Part shown: positions 8,998 to 16,741 of the stretch, one piece after another
Layout of the letters: every line of letters begins with the position of its first letter
How positions within the stretch are numbered: the stretch's first letter is position 1
DNA from: Patescibacteria group bacterium
GTDB taxonomy: Bacteria > Patescibacteriota > Minisyncoccia > Phycocordibacterales > Phycocordibacteraceae
Assembly (NCBI GenBank): GCA_040384705.1
Contig: JAZKIU010000001.1
Span: 405,847-469,846, forward strand
DNA length: 64,000 bases
Direction: 5' to 3'
Position numbers and translations under genes: made by a program
The notes under the pieces: generated by a model
What the model was told of the DNA's origin: nothing
The model's input: only the letters and a program-made list of their open reading frames with translations
The model's database searches: none

Positions 8998-10041
8998 ATG
9001 ACTTACTTTATGAACGTGGCAGGCAAGCGCATATTCGTCGGGCTTTCAGGCGGCGTCGACTCTGCCGTATCAGCGAAGCTGCTTATTGATGCCGGAGCCG
9101 AAGTCGTCGGCGTATTCATCAAAGGCTGGTATCCGCCAGGAATGCCCTGCACATGGGCCGCTGATCGTCGCGATGCGATGCGTGTCGCTGCGAACCTTCA
9201 TATCCCTTTCCATACGCTCGATGCGAGCGAGGAATATAAGAAAGGAGTCATAGACTACCTGCTCGCCGAGTATAAAGCGGGACGCACGCCGAACCCGGAC
9301 GTCATGTGCAATCGGGAAGTGAAGTTCGGGGCGTTCTATGAGTTCGCAAAGAAGAGCGGTGCGGACTTCATCGCGACTGGGCACTATGCACGGAACGAGG
9401 ACGGAAAGCTTCTCCGTGGCATCGATGAGTCCAAGGACCAGAGCTATTTCCTATGGGCAGTGCCTAAAGAAGCTTTTTCCATGACGGTGTTCCCGCTCGG
9501 AAGCATGCCGAAGAGGGAGACGCGCAGCCTGGCCGAACGGTTCAAGCTCCCAGTCGCCCAGAAGAAGGACAGCCAGGGCATCTGCTTCCTCGGCTCCATT
9601 TCGGTCGATGATTTCCTGCGGCATGAATTCGGGAGCGAGGAAGGGAAGGCGCTCGATACTGCTGGCCAGGAAGTTGGCATGCATGACGGGGCGCTCCTTC
9701 ATACCATCGGGGAGCGCATCGCGCTTAGGAGTGCGTCAGCTGGGCCTTGGTACGTCACTAGTAAGGACATCGAGCGCAATATACTCGTCGTATCCCCTGA
9801 GCAAGGTAGCGGGAGCGGCACAGGCAGCATTGCCATTCGTGACACCAATTGGCTCTCGAAAACTGACGACGAGCCACTGGAGGCGCAGTACCGATACCAT
9901 GGCCCGAGGATAGCAGGACACCTTACCACTGAGCGTGATGCGTTTATCCCGACGGATGCAGTACCCGAACCCATCGCATCCGGTCAGTCGCTCGTGCTGT
10001 ACCGGGGAGAGGAATGCATTGGAGGTGGTATCATCGTGTAA
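8998..10041 (+). CDS. mnmA: tRNA-specific 2-thiouridylase
   Basis: PP-loop SGGVDS (IFVGLSGGVDSAVSAKLL). Length 347 aa. Shows the MnmA central and C-terminal domains. Confidence 0.9.
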   Translation: MTYFMNVAGKRIFVGLSGGVDSAVSAKLLIDAGAEVVGVFIKGWYPPGMPCTWAADRRDAMRVAANLHIPFHTLDASEEYKKGVIDYLLAEYKAGRTPNPDVMCNREVKFGAFYEFAKKSGADFIATGHYARNEDGKLLRGIDESKDQSYFLWAVPKEAFSMTVFPLGSMPKRETRSLAERFKLPVAQKKDSQGICFLGSISVDDFLRHEFGSEEGKALDTAGQEVGMHDGALLHTIGERIALRSASAGPWYVTSKDIERNILVVSPEQGSGSGTGSIAIRDTNWLSKTDDEPLEAQYRYHGPRIAGHLTTERDAFIPTDAVPEPIASGQSLVLYRGEECIGGGIIV

Positions 10042-10878
10042 ATGCAACCGGAGATAATCAAAGCAGATGGGACGATAGAGCCGTTCGATGGGACGAAGCT
10101 CGAGGCGTCGCTCCGCAAGGCAGGGGCGTCCGAGCGCACCGCCGAGCGCATCCGCCACACCATCGAGATGTCGCTCGCTCCCGCAGCGGAATCCAACGAT
10201 ATCTATCGTCGCGCGTTCCAGATGCTCCGCCGCGAAGCGCGCCCTGCAGCCGCACGCTACAGCCTCCGCCGTGCGCTCTTCGAGTTCGGTCCTACCGGGC
10301 ACCCGTTCGAGGACTTCGTGGCAGAGATATTCAAGAAGGAAGGATGGCTTGTGGAAGGACGACAGATGATTCCTGGGAAGTGCGTACCGCATGAGGTGGA
10401 CGTATACGCTACGCGCGGCCAGGAGCGCATCGCGGCCGAGCTCAAGTACCACAACGACCCAGGGTATAAGACCGATGTGAAGGTCGCGCTCTACGTGAAG
10501 GCGCGCTTCGACGATATCTGGCAGTGCGACCCGAAGGCACAGACCTGTCCCGTCGATCAAGGATTCCTCATCACCAACACCAAGTTCACGAGCCATGCGG
10601 TCCAGTACGCGAAGTGCTCGGGGCTCGGCCTCCTCGGATGGAGCTATCCTTCTGAAGGCAATCTCTATGACCGCATAGTCGCGAGCGGGGTGTATCCGGT
10701 CACTGCCCTCACCTCGATAAAGAAGGCGGAGAAGCGGCTCCTCATCGACCAGGGCATCGTCACGTGCGAGCAGGTGACCGAACGCCGGGATGTGCTGCGG
10801 GAGCTCGGGATAACGCCGGAGCGCATAGGAACCATCCTTGCGGAGGCCCGGACCATAATGTCGTCGGAAAGCGTATAA
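10042..10878 (+). CDS. ATP-cone domain fused to Mrr-type PD-(D/E)xK restriction-endonuclease-like domain
   Basis: The N-terminus IIKADGTIEPFDGTKLEASLRKAG matches the ATP-cone consensus (VIKRDGRVEPFD..KI..ai.kAG). The middle FEDFVAEIFKKEGW...HEVDVYATRGQERIAAELKYH matches the Mrr_cat core (FE..v...G ... D.GiDi ... E.K). The C-terminus is HhH-like. Confidence 0.65.
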   Translation: MQPEIIKADGTIEPFDGTKLEASLRKAGASERTAERIRHTIEMSLAPAAESNDIYRRAFQMLRREARPAAARYSLRRALFEFGPTGHPFEDFVAEIFKKEGWLVEGRQMIPGKCVPHEVDVYATRGQERIAAELKYHNDPGYKTDVKVALYVKARFDDIWQCDPKAQTCPVDQGFLITNTKFTSHAVQYAKCSGLGLLGWSYPSEGNLYDRIVASGVYPVTALTSIKKAEKRLLIDQGIVTCEQVTERRDVLRELGITPERIGTILAEARTIMSSESV

Positions 10879-10886
10879 TCAGGGTA

Positions 10887-11666
10887 ATGGAGTTCAAGAA
10901 ATACAATCCTAACCGCAGTCCTGATTGGAACTATGGCGGCAGCAAATGGCGCCTCTCGCGCTCGAAGATAGAGCTTTTCAATGAATGCCCCCGCTGCTTC
11001 TATCTCGATAATAAGCTGGGTACCAAGCGTCCGCAGGGTCCAGCGTTCACGCTCAACATCGCCGTCGATGCTCTCCTGAAGAAGGAGTTCGATGCGCATA
11101 GGGTGGCTGCCACGACGCATCCACTCATGAAGCAGTACGGCATCGACGCGGTGCCGCTCGTGCATAAGAATATGAATACGTGGCGTGAGAACTTCGAGGG
11201 AGTCGAGTTCTTCCATGAGTCCACCGGCTTCACCATCTCGGGCGCGGTGGACGATATCTGGGTAAATCCTGCGGGAGAGCTCATCGTCGTGGACTATAAG
11301 GCGACATCGAAGAACGGGACGATCGTATCGCTCTCTGATTCCTCGTGGGAAGGCTCCTATAAGCGGCAGATGGGCGTGTACCAGTGGCTGCTGCGTAATA
11401 ACGGCTTCACGGTCTCTCCTATGGGCTATTTCGTATACGCAAATGCGAGCTCCGACGGCGAGGCATTCGATGGGAAGCTCGAGTTCGAGGTCACGGTCGT
11501 GCCCTGCGAGGGCGACACGGATTGGATAGACGCTATCCTCCCGAGGATAAAGGAGGCGCTCGATAGCGATGCTATCCCGCCCACCGGAACGGCTTGTGAG
11601 TACTGCCCGTACCGGGAAGCCGCAGGGAAGAAGCTCCAGGCATTGCATAAGGCAGCTAAGAAATAG
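10887..11666 (+). CDS. PD-(D/E)xK nuclease, Cas4/RecB-like, with Cys cluster (CPRC ... C ... CEYC)
   Basis: VVDYKAT is motif III (D/E)xK. QMGVY is a QhxxY motif. CPRCFY at the N-terminus and CEYCPY at the C-terminus suggest an Fe-S-type cluster as in Cas4/AddB. No CRISPR array nearby. Confidence 0.55.
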   Translation: MEFKKYNPNRSPDWNYGGSKWRLSRSKIELFNECPRCFYLDNKLGTKRPQGPAFTLNIAVDALLKKEFDAHRVAATTHPLMKQYGIDAVPLVHKNMNTWRENFEGVEFFHESTGFTISGAVDDIWVNPAGELIVVDYKATSKNGTIVSLSDSSWEGSYKRQMGVYQWLLRNNGFTVSPMGYFVYANASSDGEAFDGKLEFEVTVVPCEGDTDWIDAILPRIKEALDSDAIPPTGTACEYCPYREAAGKKLQALHKAAKK

Positions 11667-11672
11667 CAAAAC

Positions 11673-11700
11673 CCCGGGCGTTTCCGTCCGGGGCTTCTTC
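11673..11700 (+). terminator. intrinsic terminator after Cas4-like gene
   Basis: ccccgggcg tttc cgtccgggg followed by cttcttct. Confidence 0.5.
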
Positions 11701-11715
11701 TGCTATGCGGCATCA

Positions 11716-11988
11716 TCAGGCCGCGTGTTGGCGAGAAGGATCTGCGGAGTAGGGGCTCGTAAAGGGCTCCTCACGTCCCAGATACCGCGCGTCCTCTGCG
11801 CTCACCACATTTCCGCCGAAGCAGAAACGTCCGAACTCCTCACCACGCCGTCGATATAAGCGGCGAGCCTCTTCCATGGTCCTCACGCGTAAGATGGGTT
11901 CGCACCCCTCGCGCGCGAGACGAGCCGCGAACTTCTTCACGCGGTCGTCGTCCTTCTCGACTAGCAAGCCTTTCTTAGTATTCTCCAC
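11716..11988 (-). CDS. hypothetical small protein (90 aa)
   Basis: ORF only. The N-terminus weakly resembles the start of a receiver domain. Confidence 0.25.
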   Translation of the reverse strand: MENTKKGLLVEKDDDRVKKFAARLAREGCEPILRVRTMEEARRLYRRRGEEFGRFCFGGNVVSAEDARYLGREEPFTSPYSADPSRQHAA

Positions 11989-12056
11989 GATTTGTGCCTC
12001 CCCGTGCGCTTCCTAATATATTTCGTATCATTAGTAGGTATGCGTGTCAAAACACT

Positions 12057-12725
12057 ATGAGTGTGCAGATAGAGGCTTCGTGGAGGAAAAATCTCGAAGA
12101 AGAGTTCGGCAAGGACTATTTCAATGAGCTCACCGCCTTCGTAAAGAAGGAATATGCGGAAGGTACGGTGTACCCGCACCCGAAGAACATCTTCAAGGCG
12201 TTCGAGCTCACTCCTTTCGATAAGGTAAAAGTGGTCATTCTCGGCCAAGACCCATATCACGGGCAAGGACAGGCAATAGGGCTATCGTTCGCAGTGAAGG
12301 AGGGGGTGCGCAACCCTCCATCGCTCCAGAACATATTCAAGGAGATAGAGGCGGATCTAGGACAGAAGCCTCATGTCGAGAACGGTGACCTCACCCGCTG
12401 GGCGGAGCAGGGCGTACTCCTCCTTAACGCAACGCTTACGGTGCGCGGAGGCATCGCTGGCTCGCATCAAGGGCGTGGGTGGGAATTGTTCACCGATGCA
12501 GTCATCAAGACGCTCTCGGACGAGCGTGAGCATCTGGTTTTCATACTCTGGGGCAACTATGCGAAGCAGAAGGGGGCGCACATAGACCGCAGCAAGCATC
12601 TCGTCATCGAGTCGGCGCATCCGTCGCCATTCTCGGCAGCTAATGGGTTCTTCGGGAGCAGGCCGTTCACCAGGGCGAATGGGTACCTTGAGTCTCAGGG
12701 TGAGAAGGCGATAGATTGGCGATAG
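12057..12725 (+). CDS. ung: uracil-DNA glycosylase (family 1)
   Basis: Carries the GQDPYH water-activating motif and the HPSPFS leucine-loop motif. Length about 222 aa. The TAG stop at 12723-12725 is the first 3 nt of the anchor repeat. Confidence 0.9.
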   Translation: MSVQIEASWRKNLEEEFGKDYFNELTAFVKKEYAEGTVYPHPKNIFKAFELTPFDKVKVVILGQDPYHGQGQAIGLSFAVKEGVRNPPSLQNIFKEIEADLGQKPHVENGDLTRWAEQGVLLLNATLTVRGGIAGSHQGRGWELFTDAVIKTLSDEREHLVFILWGNYAKQKGAHIDRSKHLVIESAHPSPFSAANGFFGSRPFTRANGYLESQGEKAIDWR

Positions 12726-12750
12726 GTTCGATACCTAGTCTGCCAGCAAT
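12723..12750 (+). repeat. anchor repeat 1 (TAGGTTCGATACCTAGTCTGCCAGCAAT), diverged member of the cassette-boundary family
   Basis: Its first 25 nt are identical to 18659-18683. It shares GGTTC...CCAGCAAT(A)AAA ends with the 30-bp family. It overlaps the ung stop codon. Confidence 0.8.
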
Positions 12751-12783
12751 ATAAAAATCTAGCCCCGCTATTGGATAGCAGGG

Positions 12784-13032
12784 CTAGGGAATAACGATGC
12801 AATCAAAGGTACCGCAGAGTTGGCACTTCTCGCAGACTAGGTAGCTATACGCTTCAGGCTGATCTCCTGTTAATCGCCACTGCCAGAAGATTCCTCCGCA
12901 ACGCCGGTGTTCGCGTCGGAGTCGCACCCACCACGAACGATCGCCATCAAAGTAGTTGCACAGACCCAATTCAACAACGTCGTCGGCTGAAGGGTCCCAT
13001 CGAGTGGAATCAGGCATTCGATCCTCCTTCAA
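12784..13032 (-). CDS. hypothetical Cys-rich small protein (82 aa, putative zinc ribbon)
   Basis: CNYF...C..C...CEKCQLCGTFDC pattern. Lies between the anchor and repeat copy D. Confidence 0.3.
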   Translation of the reverse strand: MKEDRMPDSTRWDPSADDVVELGLCNYFDGDRSWWVRLRREHRRCGGIFWQWRLTGDQPEAYSYLVCEKCQLCGTFDCIVIP

Positions 13033-13063
13033 TCCGGTTAGAGGCTAGCATGCTATGAAGTCT

Positions 13064-13094
13064 GTCTCCAACATCGTCCCAGACCTCCAGCAAT
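13064..13094 (+). repeat. cassette-boundary repeat copy D (GTCTCCAACATCGTCCCAGACCTCCAGCAAT)
   Basis: 29/31 match to consensus. 29 bp beyond the 5' end of the minus gene 12784..13032. Confidence 0.85.
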
Positions 13095-13104
13095 AAAATA
13101 GTCA

Positions 13105-13129
13105 GCCCCGCATCATCGTTGTGCGGGGC
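13105..13129 (-). terminator. intrinsic terminator of 13144..13551
   Basis: gccccgca / tgcggggc stem. On the minus strand it is followed by a T-rich run (rc of caataaaatagtc). Confidence 0.55.
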
Positions 13130-13143
13130 GTTGTCAAGCGTGC

Positions 13144-13551
13144 TCACCTAAGTGCGGCCTTAATTTTCTTCAGCCACGTCGGGCTGTTGTGCTTACTAAG
13201 TTTGTGAGAGCAACCATTTCGGAGAAGTAGCTTCTCCATACGATCATCCGTGGTCGCTGCAAACATCGGACCAGTAAAGCCGGCGGTCCTGAAGTCCGCA
13301 ACGATCTTTTCCGTCGTTGGCTCAGGATCTGTCGAAGACAGATTTCCATCGAAGATTATGGCCACGATGCTTTGGCGATTCGTCTTGAAATAATGCCGAG
13401 CTGCCCTGGAGCAGTCAGCAAAAATCACATCGAACTCTTCGCCCAGAACCTCTCGATACTTGTTCAACTGAAAGGAACTGTCCTCAATAGCAAGGATTGA
13501 ATCCATAGAACCCTCCAATGTTCTTTCGAGACAACTATACCATGTATCCAA
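13144..13551 (-). CDS. response-regulator receiver-domain-like protein (stand-alone, 135 aa)
   Basis: ILAIEDS...DVIFADC...IVAIIFDGNL...K pattern is compatible with a CheY-like fold. No output domain. Confidence 0.45.
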   Translation of the reverse strand: MDTWYSCLERTLEGSMDSILAIEDSSFQLNKYREVLGEEFDVIFADCSRAARHYFKTNRQSIVAIIFDGNLSSTDPEPTTEKIVADFRTAGFTGPMFAATTDDRMEKLLLRNGCSHKLSKHNSPTWLKKIKAALR

Positions 13552-13580
13552 TTTTTGTCAGTCTCATGCTCGAGATCAGA

Positions 13581-13611
13581 GTTCCAACATCGCCCCAGAC
13601 CCCCAGCTAAT
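13581..13611 (+). repeat. cassette-boundary repeat copy E (GTTCCAACATCGCCCCAGACCCCCAGCTAAT)
   Basis: Near-consensus. 28 bp from the 5' end of the minus gene 13144..13551. Confidence 0.85.
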
Positions 13612-13726
13612 GGAAATACGAAACGAGGAGAGTAGCGTGCCCTTAGCATCAAGACAATGAAAGTATTGACATTTCTATCTGAAATGCTATTATACTGCAC
13701 AGGTTTGAAAACAAGGAAACTGGTCC

Positions 13727-14221
13727 ATGCGTCAGGTAGTCGTAATCGCTGCACTGTCACTGCTGGCCGCTGCTTGCGGCGACGACCCAAGTTCGAAATC
13801 TCCAGCTCCACAGTCGGGAGCTGAACTGCTCGACATCAGTCTGCCGCGCACACCAGCGGCTGATGCCAAAGAGAACGATGCTGTTGCTGAACTTCAGATT
13901 CGGATCGGCACGAGCTACCAAGGCACCACCTACAGCTGTCAGTACGTCGACGAGGGTGTCGCCCTGCTGCGCGGTAGGGACGGTACGCTGTACCGCATCA
14001 AGAGTACCGAATTCGAGCGCTTCGGCAAAAGTTCCCGTCGCTACAAGAGCTACACGCTCGAGCCCTGGTGGGGAAGCGACACTGAACTCAGACTGTCGAC
14101 CGAGGAAACGGATGCGCTGCGGTGGAACAACTTCACCGGCGTGCTATGTCCCGAGGATGGCGAAAAATACGATCGCGCATGGCGGACCTACCGCTTCCGA
14201 GATCTCAATCGCCTCCCGTAA
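13727..14221 (+). CDS. hypothetical lipoprotein (164 aa)
   Basis: Signal peptide with a lipobox (LLAAACGDD). Confidence 0.5.
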   Translation: MRQVVVIAALSLLAAACGDDPSSKSPAPQSGAELLDISLPRTPAADAKENDAVAELQIRIGTSYQGTTYSCQYVDEGVALLRGRDGTLYRIKSTEFERFGKSSRRYKSYTLEPWWGSDTELRLSTEETDALRWNNFTGVLCPEDGEKYDRAWRTYRFRDLNRLP

Positions 14222-14239
14222 CTCATCGTCTTTTCGACT

Positions 14240-14274
14240 GGGCGCCGCACAATCTGCGGCGCCCCTCTTTTATT
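14240..14274 (+). terminator. intrinsic terminator after lipoprotein gene
   Basis: gggcgccgca caatc tgcggcgccc followed by ctcttttatt. Confidence 0.65.
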
Positions 14275-14309
14275 AGGGGAGACTCATGGAGAGTAAGTCA
14301 CACTAGCCC

Positions 14310-14339
14310 GGTCCAATCTCGCCCCAGGCCCCCAGCTAA
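14310..14339 (+). repeat. cassette-boundary repeat copy F (degenerate: GGTCCAATCTCGCCCCAGGCCCCCAGCTAA)
   Basis: About 22/30 match. Same position logic as other copies (between cassettes). Confidence 0.6.
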
Positions 14340-14385
14340 CTTTAGGCGGTTCTGGGTAGCGCTGGTACTGGGTTCACGTGTCGGC

Positions 14386-16377
14386 TTACCACACCATCTC
14401 GCGGTCCTTCGGCGCACGGTACATCTTATCGCTCTTCTTAACCTCATATGCCTCATAGAAGGCATCGAAGTTCGAGACCGGGCCATTGATGCGGAACTTG
14501 CCCGGAGCATGCGGGTCTGTGAGTACCTGCATCTTCTCGTATTCTGGGCGCACATTCTCGCGCTCGAAGAGGGCGAAGCCAAGGAAGAAGCGCTGCTCCG
14601 GTGTATACCCGCCGACATCCTTGCGGCCCGTGCGTGCGAGCTGGAGCTGGTACGCGTCGTATGCGATAGAGATGCCTCCGAGGTCAGCGATATTCTCGCC
14701 TAGAGTGAGCTTGCCGTTCACTTTCACGCCGTCGGCCACGACATACTTATCGAACTGCTTGCGTACCTTCTCGGCCTTCGCTTCGAAGCGCTTGCGGTCA
14801 GTCGCGGTCCACCAGCTCTTCAGGTTGCCCTTGGCGTCGTATTGCGAACCCTCGTCATCGAATCCGTGGGTTATCTCATGCCCTATGACTGTGCCTATCG
14901 CGCCATAATTAAGGGCATCATCCGCGGACATATCGAAGAAGGGAGCCTGGAGGATTCCAGCGGGGAACACTATGTCGTTCAGGTTCGGCGAGAAGTATGC
15001 ATTCACGGTCTGCGGATACATGTGCCACTCCGTTCGGTCGATGGGTCCATTGAGCTTCTTTATCTCCCGCTTATGCTCGAACTCGTTTGAGCGCAGTACA
15101 TTTCCTACATAGTCATCGCTCGTTATCGCGAGACCTTTGTACGATTTCCATTTGTCCGGGTACCCTATCTTGCGATTGAGCGCAGCAAGCTTCTTGAGCG
15201 CCTTCTTCTTCGTGGGAGGCGTCATCCAATCGAGGGACTTGAGCCTCGCTTCGTATGCGGTGAAGAGATCCTCTACCAAGATGCCCATCTTCTTCTTTGC
15301 CTCCGCAGGAAAATACTTCTTTACATAGATCTGGCCCAGAAGCTCTCCTACATGCCCGTTGACGTTCCCCAGCACGCGCCTCCAGAGCGGCTTCATCTGC
15401 TTCGTGCCGGTGAGCGCGGTTCCGTAGAAGGAGAAGCTCTGCTTCACGAATGCGTTCGAGAGAAGGCCGGCGAAATCATTCACCAGGTGCCATTCCGTAT
15501 ACGTCTTGAGGTCTTCAAGAGCTGCGCTAGCAAGGAGTTTCGATACTGCCTTCAGGAAGTCCGGCTGCATGACTATCACCTCCTTCACCTCCGCGCCTTG
15601 CTGAGTGAAATACCGCTTCCAATCGAGTTCGGGCGAGAGCTTCATGAGCCCTGCTACGGTCATCTTGTGATAGGTCTTCTCGGGATCTCGGCGGTCCTCT
15701 TTCTTCATGGAAGCCTTCGCGAGCGCTGTCTCTACGCGCATGAGCGTTTCCGTCGCGGCTTTCGCTTCAGCTGGTGTGCGGCCCATAAGACGGAACAATG
15801 CCGCGGCATGCTTTAGGTATGCGGAACGTACCCGCACCGACTCCGCATCATCCTTCAAATAGTAGTCCCGGTCAGGCATGCCGAGCCCATCCTGCGCCAT
15901 GTGCAAGATATACCGCTCGCTGTTCTTCGAGTCCTGGCCGATTCCCGAGCCGAAGAATACGCCTACACCGATGCGATGCAGCTCTCCGATAAGGCCCTTG
16001 AGCGCCGTTGTGTCCTTCGCATTCGTTATCTTCTTGCGGAGCGCGTCCAGGGGCTTTATGCCGAGTTCGTTCCGGCGCTTCATATCCATGCCGGAGCGCT
16101 GGAAGTCCCGGATTATCTGCTCCGGGCTACCCTTGGGAAGCGAGCGCTTGCTCTCGAGCTCAGTGAGGATGTCCCGGAGCTGGTGATCGGTCTTGTAGCG
16201 AAGCTCATTGAATGAGCCCCATCTCGATTCTGCAGGTGGAATGGGATGCGCCTTCATCCATCCCCCGTTCGCATGATGGAAGAAGTCATCCTGCGGACGA
16301 ACCTTCATATCCATACCTTTCGTATCGAACCCCCATCCTTTTTTAGTCATATCAGCGATTATATCCGAATTGAGCAC
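14386..16377 (-). CDS. pepO: M13 family zinc metalloendopeptidase (PepO/neprilysin-like)
   Basis: 663 aa. HEITHGFDD (HExxH), GENIADLGG and NAYY motifs typical of peptidase M13. Confidence 0.9.
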   Translation of the reverse strand: MLNSDIIADMTKKGWGFDTKGMDMKVRPQDDFFHHANGGWMKAHPIPPAESRWGSFNELRYKTDHQLRDILTELESKRSLPKGSPEQIIRDFQRSGMDMKRRNELGIKPLDALRKKITNAKDTTALKGLIGELHRIGVGVFFGSGIGQDSKNSERYILHMAQDGLGMPDRDYYLKDDAESVRVRSAYLKHAAALFRLMGRTPAEAKAATETLMRVETALAKASMKKEDRRDPEKTYHKMTVAGLMKLSPELDWKRYFTQQGAEVKEVIVMQPDFLKAVSKLLASAALEDLKTYTEWHLVNDFAGLLSNAFVKQSFSFYGTALTGTKQMKPLWRRVLGNVNGHVGELLGQIYVKKYFPAEAKKKMGILVEDLFTAYEARLKSLDWMTPPTKKKALKKLAALNRKIGYPDKWKSYKGLAITSDDYVGNVLRSNEFEHKREIKKLNGPIDRTEWHMYPQTVNAYFSPNLNDIVFPAGILQAPFFDMSADDALNYGAIGTVIGHEITHGFDDEGSQYDAKGNLKSWWTATDRKRFEAKAEKVRKQFDKYVVADGVKVNGKLTLGENIADLGGISIAYDAYQLQLARTGRKDVGGYTPEQRFFLGFALFERENVRPEYEKMQVLTDPHAPGKFRINGPVSNFDAFYEAYEVKKSDKMYRAPKDREMVW

Positions 16378-16424
16378 GGCAACCTACCGGGATTATTGAC
16401 AGACTACAAATAGTATGTATACTC

Positions 16425-16676
16425 TTGTCTAGGAAGAACGCTTGCGACTGCATGCATCAGGGGAGCCTCATGAAAGGCGTACGACTCACGACGAGCGAGG
16501 AAAGCCGGCTTCGGCGGGAACTCCATCAACTCGAGAACGAACCATGGCGTTGGCCGAGCGAGAAGGACCAGAAGAAGATTCCTGACCGCATCGCCACCGT
16601 CAAAGGCCAACTTCAGCGCAACCACACCGCGCAGATGCGCGACCAGCAGAAAGGACGGCATCAGCGCGTCCGATAA
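16425..16676 (+). CDS. hypothetical small basic protein
   Basis: ORF only (start may be 16452 or later). Confidence 0.25.
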   Translation: MSRKNACDCMHQGSLMKGVRLTTSEESRLRRELHQLENEPWRWPSEKDQKKIPDRIATVKGQLQRNHTAQMRDQQKGRHQRVR

Positions 16677-16711
16677 GTCCCGAAGGAGTCCCTCCGCTCG
16701 GGGCTTCTTCA

Positions 16712-16730
16712 TATCACTGCGTCTGTGATA
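16712..16730 (+). promoter_or_regulatory. palindrome TATCAC-N7-GTGATA immediately upstream of alaS start
   Basis: Perfect 6-bp inverted arms ending 12 bp before the alaS ATG. AlaRS is known to autoregulate via palindromic operators in E. coli. Confidence 0.3.
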
Positions 16731-16741
16731 TCTTCATATTT

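Noticed and set aside
9736-11669. Minus-strand ORFs 9736..10596 and 10665..11669
   Set aside because: Antisense to the mnmA, ATP-cone nuclease and Cas4-like genes. Arg/Leu-rich shadow frames.
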